DNA of 64,000 bases from Octopus sinensis. Lineage: Eukaryota. This document shows, one piece after another, positions 54,167 through 64,000 of this stretch. Position 1 is the first letter of the stretch. Every line of letters starts with the position of its first letter. Location of the stretch: the NCBI RefSeq assembly GCF_006345805.1, contig NC_043015.1, positions 52,514,001-52,578,000 of the forward strand, in the 5' to 3' direction. A program made the position numbers and the translations under genes. The notes under the pieces were generated by a model. That model was not told the DNA's origin. It worked only from the letters and a program-made list of their open reading frames with translations, and searched no databases.

Positions 54167-54382
54167 CGGTACTGATGAAAATGGTTATGAAGACGATGAT
54201 GATGGCAGTAGACTTAATTACTATCCTGAGTGACTGACTATAAAGAGTAAAACTTTAACTGACAGATGACCAATTTGTCTAGGCAAAGAATGCATTTGCA
54301 TAACAGGGATAATAGTAGATACAGCAAGACCGTGCAAGTAACATTAGGGATGCTGACGATGCTGATGCTGAGGCCGATGACC

Positions 54383-54420
<38 letters not shown>

Positions 54421-54440
54421 AATAATTATATCTAATTTTT

Positions 54441-54906
54441 AAGCACAAAGCTAACAATTATGAATGATAGGGATTAATCTATACCAATGACCTTGGTATT
54501 TTACTTCATCTTATGAAATTGGAGGGATAAAACACAAAGTTGACCATAGCAGACTTGAACCCAGAACACAAGGAGCTGGGACTAAATACAGTAAGGAATT
54601 TTCCCCAACGCAAATCCTTTTATCAATCCTCTGTCCTAATAATAATAATGTTTACTTTATTTTATGTTTTATTTATCTATAAAGAAAGCATTAAATGAAT
54701 ATATTTAAAAATAAAATTGTTTTAATTTTAATCAGAAAGCCTGAAATTTGTGGGAGGGAGTTAGTTAAATAAATTACCCTCAGAACATAACTGGTATTTT
54801 ATTTTATTGAGCCCAGAAGGACGAAAGGCAATCAATCAACCCCAGTTGTAGGAAATGCTGCTGAGCATTTGGTTAACTAACATCTTGATTGTGCCATCCA
54901 GTGCCA
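54441..54906 (-). mobile_element. Two degenerate tRNA-SINE copies
   Basis: Consensus remnants at 54441-54640 and 54735-54906. Confidence 0.6.
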
Positions 54907-55354
54907 TAATAATAATAATAATAGTAGTAGTAGTAGTAGTAGTTGTTGTAATGCTAGTGGCAGTAGCTTGATTACACCAGTCTTCAAACAGAGCAATAAT
55001 TAAAATATATTGGAAAAACAATGTTAACGCAAGTTAGGGATTGTAACAAATAATAACAATAATAATAATGATAATAATAATTAATAAATAAATAAATAAA
55101 TATCTTGCAACCCCAACTAGAAAACAATGCAGGCAGAGGTAATAATAACAATAAAAGATCAAAACATCCACAGCGTGAACAAGGTGCGACAAGGAGAGAG
55201 GGGGGAGGAGCAGCAGCAGCGTTACGATAGATCTTGGACAATGGATACAAACAGAGAGAGAGAGAGAGAGACGATGTACAAATGGACATTTGGACAGAAA
55301 GTTGTATTGTTGGGGGTGGGACATGGGGACAGTCAGTTGGAGGAGGGATGGACG

Positions 55355-55411
55355 AGCAGGCAACAGGACGGAAAAGCAATGAAAGAATTTTTGCAGCACT
55401 AGCGGCAAGCA
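55355..55411 (-). promoter_or_regulatory. YGCY cluster just downstream of the ZF3/4 exon donor
   Basis: 7 YGCY motifs in 57 nt, plus a (CUG)-like cgctgctgctgct at 55221-55209. Confidence 0.5.
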
Positions 55412-55424
55412 GTGTCCACCCTAC

Positions 55425-55667
55425 CAGAGCTCGAGTCGGCACAGCTACAGCATTAGCCCTTTGTTGCACAGCTTTAATCTGTGCCTGCAGGTGATGTGGA
55501 GGGTGAAAATATTTGCATGTGTCCCGTGTACACTTTCCCTTCATGTAATCCATACAAACTGTTACCATGTTGTCGGAAGGGTCGACTGTTACATTTTCAG
55601 GTGGGTGTGCATAGCGACAATCATTAGGTTGTCGCGTGCAAGTACATCTTTGAAATTCACGACATAC
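55425..55667 (-). CDS. mbl: Muscleblind-like protein, internal exon encoding tandem CCCH zinc fingers ZF3-ZF4
   Basis: Acceptor ccatttctttcag|GTA, donor CTG|gtaggg; 243 nt, phase 0/0. Translates [81 protein letters not shown], with CX7CX6CX3H and CX7CX4CX3H fingers. Matches the vertebrate MBNL ZF3/4 exon (VCREYQRGNC...[34 protein letters not shown]). Confidence 0.97.
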
Positions 55668-55849
55668 CTGAAAGAAATGGAAAGAAATAGCAAAAGGAAA
55701 AAAAAAATGAGAAAAGGAAACTTGTATTTCTTTTTCTTTTTTTCCGGTAAAATGTTAGTAATAGAAGGTTGCTGTTTCTTCTGTTTGAACAAATTAGAAT
55801 ATGAACTCGATAGAGAGTGGTGTGTAATTTAAGTGGGTTTTCACCAAAA

Positions 55850-56620
55850 GGAATTCACATGTAGATCAAAAAGCATGCTGTTTGTATATTTTATACATTA
55901 TCCACATGGAGTCTAATATCCATTCCAATATCCACATGGAGTCAAGGTGTCGAACGTGACTTGAAAAGAGATTCTTCATGTGATCTGAAGGGTATGATAT
56001 TGTATGATATTCTTGTGAAGGTATTCACAAGTCAATGGATCAGAAATATAAGAGTGTGTTTTGTATATTATCAGGAATGTTCATGTCCAGAAGATAGCAT
56101 TGTGGTATTTCAATAGGTTTCATCTGTGTCTAAAGTTTATGATTTGGTTAAGTGTGAATAAATTCACGTGGAATTGTGGTGTGAATATGTTTCATACAGA
56201 GATAAAAAGATTCACAGGAGTTGAGAATGTGTTGCTGTATTATTTGACAAAATTACAAACTCAAAAGATGAAGCCTGTATAGCCTGATTGGAGAATATTT
56301 TCACCATGTTGTCTCAAGATTGAGACCTGTATAGTGTAAAGACACTCATATATTGATCAGAGGGTGAGTGAGTTATTCTTACACAGAACATTCACATGGG
56401 GTTCAGATGGTAAGTTATGATTTTGATAAATTTTGCTATGTAGCTCAAAAGATGAGCTAGGAAAGCAAGTGTGGTATGATTCAAGTATAATTTTCACTGT
56501 GTATCTCAAAAGATGAGACACAATATGAACAGTATTTGTAATCTAGAATGATTTGAGAGCATTCCACCATGAATTTGAAAGCTGTGATATGGTATCATGT
56601 GAAGAAACTGACATGTGGAT
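55850..56620. repeat. Highly degenerate ~50-70-bp tandem repeat
   Basis: Recurring attcac..tg...ctcaaaagatgag motif; the best pair is at 56431 and 56491. Confidence 0.5.
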
Positions 56621-57080
56621 TAAGTGCTTCATTCTTAAACTACAAGGTTCTCTTAGAATTTGAAGATTGTGTTGTGTGATTTAAAAGGATTAAAAATAAT
56701 TTGAAGTATGTATTTATGCTGTAATCCCAGTAAGTTAAAACAGAGCTCAGGGCTTAAGGAAACAGAAAGCAATGAAGCATCAACAAACTGCAACAAAATA
56801 CAGAGGTTGGTCAGTGGAAGATTGCATTGGATATATGTATATAAGGGGCAAAGCAGTCGCAGCCTGACTAGCAGCAACACAAATGCCAGAGCAGGATTGG
56901 AATTTTGGGAAATAAGGATTAAAAAAAATCTATTAGCCAATGACTAAAGTAAGATCCTTTAGAGTGATGACATGATGGTGATGATAGTGTAAGAAGCAGG
57001 GATAATGGCTGCGCTAGATTCTGTTTTGATAATAATATCATCAGTAATGATGGTAGCTGTTAGCATAATTATGTTGACAA

Positions 57081-57170
57081 AGGCAGTAAATTGCAGTATT
57101 TAATTAGTTATGGTCCTATATGTTCTGAGTTCAAACCCTGACAAAGTCGAATTTGCCTTTCATCTTTCAA
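57081..57170 (+). mobile_element. tRNA-SINE 5' part, plus orientation
   Basis: gttctgagttcaaaccctgacaaagtcgaatttgcctttcatc. Confidence 0.6.
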
Positions 57171-59070
57171 GCATTACTAATACCCAAATCAGTATTGTGC
57201 CTGTTTGCAAACCTAATGCATTCATTCACATAGCTGTCAATTAGTGCAACAGCGTAAGACAAATCAAGCAACAGCTTTTAGTAGAGGCAGCTGTGGACAA
57301 TTAGAGTGTGTCTGAACATAGGATTGCATTGCAGATTTCAACTTTTTCTGAGTTTACCAACAAAGCAAAGTTTATTATACCTCTTCTCAATCACTATATG
57401 AAAACCAAAAGAATTTAAACACAGTGCTTCCATCTTTCAGCTATTGTATTTAGTACTTATCCATTACTGAGAAAAACCGGCAGAAGCTTTACATGGGTAC
57501 TTGAGCTACAAAATCCTCCTCAAACAATACCCTACCTTTTTGAAAAAGGTAAGGATATGTTAAATGATCTAATTCCTAATCTAATTCGTAAAGAGTCATG
57601 ATGGCCAAAGTTGGAATATCTTTGAAGATAGGTTTGTTTGATCAATACGTTTACCTGGAGTCAAATCTCTTACTACCTCTTTCATCATATTATGATGCAC
57701 TAGGAGTGAATTCTTCAAGCTATATGGTAGTCTCTGAAAAGATTTTCCGCAACAACTCCAAACTTTTTTTTAGTGTGCAATGTAAGGTTCACTACCAACC
57801 AATACTATCCTTCACACATATCATAAATGACATAGCATAATGTAAAAAGAGAAAGAAAAAAAGATTGATAATGCTTACAGACATAGTGCTAACTATAAAA
57901 TTGACTTTAAAATGATCACAAAGGTGACAATAATGATGGCTGATGAAGATGGAGATGACAGATGATAACAATGAGGAAAAGTAAAAACATTCTCTGTTCA
58001 CATGAGAAGAAAGGGAGACATTAATTGTCCAAATACGACTTGCCAGTTACTGGTGTCACAAGAGAAAAGTAGAAACAGACAACAACAGAGTATGATAACT
58101 TTGGAACTCTCATTTTCTAAAAGAAGAATAAGTAAACCTTCAAAAGTCTTGTCCAAAGAATACAATTTATGTGGTCTTGCATTTAGGTGAGAATTAAGAT
58201 AGAATTGTGAAAAGTTACGTTTCACACCTGGTTTCCATTTCCAATTGTAACTATTAACATAACTTAAGCTAAAACCTGTACTAGGAAAGGCATGAACATC
58301 ATAAAATCATATTTGTCCATACAAGCATCTACACGATCATTTGGCCTGTTAAAAAAAGCAACCAAATGTCTCACAAATCACATCCTACCATTTTGAAAGC
58401 AGAAGAATTCATTGGGTAGTGTTCAGGACAAAAAAATAAGACAGTTATCATCCAAACATCTGGGTCTGCTGTTTAACAATGTCTGTGAAAAATAGATTAT
58501 TTCACAGAAATACAAATATTACAACTTATCAGTGCAATCAGTCTAGTGTAAGTATTCCATCTATTATTATTATTGAATGAGAGAGCAGTGCATGCAATCA
58601 AAGTGACACTGGGGTAAAATATACAAAGCCCACATAACACATCATGACTACCCGGTTGATAAGGGTACCCCAGGCACATGCATCGCAATCATGTGTGTGT
58701 GACATGGTAATCTCATATCAAGATAAACAGCGCATGACCTTGCAGGTGGGGCCCAGTGAGAATATTCTTCAGGTTAAGTAGCCCATCCCATTCAAATGGT
58801 CCCTGAATAAGGGTTTTTTAAGGATGTTGAACGAAACACCAAAGGTAAATTATTCAAACCCCAACAAATGGCTATGATGCACCCCCACTATTATTATTAT
58901 TATTATTATCATCATCATCTTGACTTTTTGCTTTTTATCTATTTGAAACTGATAAAATAAATACCTGGCACCAAGTAATAAAAAAGGATACCATCAAACT
59001 ACACTCACGTCCAAATTTGTGACCTATTGTTGTATCTCCACTACTTATTATTATTATTAGTATTATATTT

Positions 59071-59270
59071 AGGCAGTGGGTTGACAGAAATGAAAAGGGC
59101 CAAGCAAAATGCTTTGCAGTTTTTAATTCTGTATGATTATGTTCTTATTTCAAATTTACTAATGTCAACTTGGCCTTTCATTCTTCCAGGACTGATGAAA
59201 TAAATTATCAGCCAAACGCCGAGGTCAACATAATCAACTGGCCCTCAAGCCCCTCAGGCCTTGTGTCTAT
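59071..59270 (+). mobile_element. tRNA-SINE full degenerate copy, plus orientation
   Basis: aggcagtgggttgacagaa...caaaatgctt...gcctttcattcttcc...ggccttgtg. Confidence 0.7.
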
Positions 59271-60737
59271 GCTGGAAATTACTATTTTGTATTTGGTGTT
59301 GAATTAATCTGGCATTCTCCTTTCCCCCTCCTAACCAAATGCATGGCCTTATTCCTATGTTATCTATTTATGGTAACAATATAGTAACAATACTCCATTG
59401 ATGATTGAGGACTTGAATTCTGTATCACAATTGTGGCAATGGTTCTACTCCTGTTTTAGGTTTCCAATAGTTTTATACAAAGAGGTCTTTTTAAGGAGAA
59501 AGTGGGAAGTATATGAGTTCTGGCAAGAAAAGGTAAATGACACTAGGAATGAGAGGAGTCAATTGTTCTGCTTAAAACACCACAGTTCATAGAAATAATA
59601 TATATATATAAAAAAAGCAGATGAAACACAAAAGAGGATTTAAATAAAGGCCAAGCATAAAATTGAAGACATATTCTACATAATAACAAAATATCTCATT
59701 AAAATGAAATAAAATAAATAAATATGAAAACAGTAATGTTACAAAGAATCAGAACTATTAAGAATAATTATAAGAATTTCTATATACAGAAGAAGTAGGA
59801 AAGGAGGGAGGGTGTATCTGTTAGGATAAACTGTGACACAACAACAATGATGATCATAATATTAACAACAGTTCCTTCATTCTGCTGAAGTGTCTGGTGT
59901 TGACAATCATCTTAAGACTTAAAAACTTTGCTAAGACTAACTGGCTTTGATATATATAATCCTTACAGACATGAAATGAGCAGTTTAAAAGAATAAAATC
60001 AAGAATTTAAAGTGAAGTACCATTAAGATAGATGAAAGAAGATAATTGCTATAAATCAGAAAGAGAGCGATGAATATGATGATGAGGAGGTATTGATAAA
60101 AATAACTGCAGTCTTAACTTCTAGTAATTAATCAACAGTTGCTTAATCATAAAGCTTTTATCATTACTATTTAGTTCTGGCAGACTGATACATGCACACA
60201 GTCACAAACACACACTCAGAAAAGACTCACACATACAGCTATGGGTAATGCATAATACTCAAGCTGCCAAAGACCCACACAGAGATATAGGTAATATTTC
60301 ATGGGTGATGCGAGTGGTATTTTGATTATAATACAAGATGCCTTTTTTTCTCTTTTTGGGCAGATTATAAATTACAACAGAGAGTGGTTTTCATATATTG
60401 GGATGAAAGTTCATCACTGAAAGACTCAGTTGACATAAAGAACATTTTGTGGGGGGGGGGGCAACTGGTATAAGGGCAGACATTCATTGGGAAGAAAACA
60501 AAATACCACATTCTTAGAGTACATTTTTGCAGGAAGATGACAGAAAGAAGAGCATTTATCTAGAAACAAATCTCTAGAAAGGAAAATATTTATGAAGAGT
60601 AGCAAAGGAAAAGCCCACTTTTTACAAAGACATCCAATAAGAAGGGTATTGTTTAGGGGTGTGATTGTGGAAACAGAAAGCTTTGGAAAGAACCAAATCC
60701 ATAGTCTAGTACCAAGTTGATGGAAAGGAGAGGATTT

Positions 60738-60915
60738 TTAACCCTTTAGTGTTCAGATTACTGTCAAATGTAATCCTTATTTATTCACACTGTTTTGAAT
60801 TAATCACGCATTATCTCATAACTTTGAGATTTCAATGATGCGATTTTACGTTTAGATTGATATTATAGGGCAGGTGTGAGAGGCTGGATCTAGTCAATTT
60901 GAACACAAAACAAAA
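60738..60915. mobile_element. MITE family 1 copy, right end truncated
   Basis: Left TIR TTAACCCTTTAG and shared body. Confidence 0.72.
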
Positions 60916-61384
60916 AGATAATGACAAGGTAGTGTAAATGAACTTGTTTTTGAAACCAAGCTGATAAGAAGAGGTTTTAAGCAAAAAATGGTGAAGGAAG
61001 ATAGTGTGATGTGGAATTCTTTTTTTTTTTTATTAAACACAAAATGTAGAAGATTTTAAAGACAAACGATGGGAAGAAAAAATGATTCACTCAGCAAAGA
61101 TGGCAGAATGTTCTCACAAGAAATGTCATTTGACCAGTAAACAACCTATTCAAAGGACATTTGGGAAGAAACATGGTGGAAGGTACAATGTTTTATGTAG
61201 ACAACCACAAAGATGCTAAATAGCAACTTTTCTTTTAATATTTGAAGAAAAGCTAATAGCAAATATAGAAAAGAACATCCTGTAGTAAGGCATAGATGGC
61301 CTTCATAAGAGGAATGGTGGAAATGAAAACTGTGCATGTGAGTGTGTGTATATGTATATATAGATATATATAGCTAGAGAGAGG

Positions 61385-61448
61385 GAGAAAAACAGGCATT
61401 GTGTAGAAGAGCAACCTGTAAAAACAGCAACCATGTATATGCGTGTGT

Positions 61449-61520
<72 letters not shown>

Positions 61521-61610
61521 CACAGACAGATAGATAGATATATAGATGGAGAGAGAGAGAGAAAAACAGGCATTGTGTAGAAGAGTAGCCTGTAAAAACA
61601 GCAACCATGT
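61385..61610. repeat. 52-bp direct duplication separated by microsatellite
   Basis: 61385-61436 vs 61559-61610, 2 mismatches. Confidence 0.9.
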
Positions 61611-62188
61611 TCAGGAGCAGTTTACACTCTCTTTATACAATATTGTTCACAAACGGCAGCAAACAGAAAAGAAAGGGGAAGACAAGAATGAAATATAGAA
61701 GACAAAAAGTGAGCACACACACAAAAAAAAGTAATTATTCTATCCATTGGTTGTAGAATGAACTGTTCTTGGCTTCATCATTTTACTCCAGAGTGGAATA
61801 GATGAGATCTTTAACCATAGGTGAATTGAAGAGAGTATCAGAAGAAATGAAGCGCAGAACTAATACAGATGCATTCATGCACTCACACTCGTCAACACCT
61901 GCATGCACATGCAAACACACAGACGTGTGTGAACACAAACACATTGATCCAAACACGCACACACAATAAGATATACATTACAAACTCAGTGTTCAACAAT
62001 CTGTATGGACATACATACACAGGAGAGGATATATACACCACACGCAGACAAACATATATGCACAATGCAGACACAGCCTACATTGCACAAATACATAGAT
62101 ACATACGCATAAAATCATTCATTACACACAGATGCACTCTTGACAATAGTATTCCAGTATAATGAACATAAACAAAAAAATTTTACAC

Positions 62189-62243
<55 letters not shown>

Positions 62244-62629
62244 TACAAGCGCAACCATATACATACGTACACACACAATCATATACATATATACACATTT
62301 ATGCCCTGTACCTTACACATACACCCACCGAGTAAAACAACAGAAAGAATAAAAATAAACCTAAAAAAACCTCTAAGAATGGAGCCAAAGAAATTATCAG
62401 ATGAAATGAGATCTGAACAGGGAACTTTCTAGAAACAAAAAGAGTTTATAAATATAAAAAAAAATTAAGGAAAGAAAAATCTGGCATACTGTAATGATTA
62501 TTAAAACTTTGAAGGCGGAGTCTAGACTGAATAAGAAGATATTAAAAATGAGAAAAAAGTGTGAAAATATAAAAAAAAAAAAAAAAGATAGCTATTATAT
62601 CTGAACAAGATGGATAGCTGTGTGTGAAG

Positions 62630-62692
<63 letters not shown>

Positions 62693-63252
62693 TATATATA
62701 TATATATATAAATACACACACACACAAATGGATGTAAGCTTTTCTGGTTGTATCATTTGAATTTCTCATTAATGGAGAGCCAGTTACTAGCTCAGGAATA
62801 AGGATCTTTCATTGGAATTTAGACATCAGCCAGGTAGTGGTGTGTGCATGTACACATATAAGCATGCAAGCATATATGTATATACTGTGCAGGCACGAAT
62901 TGGATTTCTTTTTATATATGGTTCTATATGTCTATATGTGTGCATATATGCACTTATTAGGTGCTAAACTTCTGGAATGTTACACATATTCTCAGAGCAA
63001 TGTTAATGGCTCGTTATAGCTGTAATTTATTAATTAGACAAGCCATGTTCTTTACTGTTTTGTGAAGCCCAATTTCTCAAGATCAATGTTGAGGTTGTGG
63101 GTGATGTATTAAAGTGCTCCAATGATTGTAAGTAATAGATTTAAATCGAGAGTATAGTTTTGGTGAAGGTTTATATGTATGTATGTCTTGTGTGTGCATG
63201 TATATACATGCATACATACATATATATATATATGGGTGTGTGTGTGTGTAAA

Positions 63253-63545
63253 GGTGCAAGGTTTAGTGGTTAGGGGCATTTGGCTCACAATCGTAAGGCT
63301 GTGAGTTTAATTCCCAGCACCACACTGTGTCCTTGAGCAAGACACTTTATTTCACATTGTTCCAGTTCACTCAGTTGGTGAAAATGGTTTGCGCTTGTAA
63401 TCCTCTAATTCAAAGGCCCAAACTTGTCACATTCTGTGCCATGCTAAATCTCCCTCTGAATGACATCAGTGGAGTGCTCAGTCATTTGCAAGTTAATTTC
63501 ACGAGCAGGCTTGTTCCACTGATCACATCAACTGGAACACACATC
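63253..63545 (+). mobile_element. Third tRNA-SINE family; related pieces at ~11080-11215 and ~15790-15925
   Basis: tRNA-like head agtggttaggg...gagtttaattccc followed by tgtgtccttgagcaagacacttta...ccagttcactcag. Confidence 0.65.
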
Positions 63546-64000
63546 ATTATAATTGACAGAAAGCCAGTATATATATATATATATGTATGTATATATATAT
63601 ATAATTATATGGGTGCGTAAGTATGTGCACATACACACATATATATATATGGATATGTAAGTATGCATGCACATACACACATGTTAAGTGTACTGCATCA
63701 CAGCAGTGAAACATTGGCACTAAATACAAAGAACATGTGGTGAAAATTGGAAAGAAATGAGGTGAATACTGGTGGATGTATAATGTATAATGTTACAGTG
63801 CATTAAGCAGAGAACCGAAACGAGCTAAGAAAACCTGGGTATAAGAGAAATCAGATGTGGCATATGAAGGTGCAGACTGCACTGATAAGGACATGCGATC
63901 TGTGTAGAGGATGTCATTTGGTTAAAAAAAAAAAAAAGAATCAGCCAAGTGATCCAAGCAGAAGGAAGCCACACAAGGGGCAAAGTCAAGAAGAGCATCG

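Noticed and set aside
54984-55424. 3' part of the 194-aa ORF 54984-55568
   Set aside because: Intron read-through past the donor at 55425; homology ends at the donor and the sequence runs into simple repeats.
2053-63729. Dozens of ORFs rich in HT/YI/CV/ER dipeptides
   Set aside because: Translations of (CA)n, (TA)n, (TG)n and (AG)n microsatellites; no coding evidence.
55668-64000. Upstream mbl linker exon ending in RTDRLE
   Set aside because: Searched by eye and not found; probably lies beyond the window.

Overview
AT-rich, microsatellite-dense eukaryotic DNA. The SINE/MITE content resembles a coleoid cephalopod, probably Octopus (recalled from memory, not database-checked). The window holds the 3' half of a muscleblind (mbl/MBNL) gene on the minus strand, in small exons separated by 5-20 kb introns. 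Exons: ZF3-ZF4 (55667-55425), a 69-nt KKRP/NLS cassette (35334-35266), the KR..YQQALAMQLQQ exon (28502-28361), a probable 36-nt cassette (17426-17391) and a probable terminal coding exon (12471-12341). The 5' exons lie beyond the window. The most striking element is the 3' splice site of the 69-nt cassette: a ~185-nt AG-free zone, 12 YGCY (MBNL) motifs, RBFOX and QKI-type motifs, and sequence that from memory closely matches the autoregulatory 3' end of human MBNL1 intron 4. The introns also carry a decayed Tc1 transposon, several LINE fragments (CR1/L2, RTE, I/Jockey-like, HERO-like RLE), TTAA-flanked MITEs, tRNA-derived SINEs (one 7-copy tandem array) and a ~2 kb (TA)n tract. Almost all ORFs in the supplied track are microsatellite or repeat artefacts. 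Repeat boundaries are approximate.
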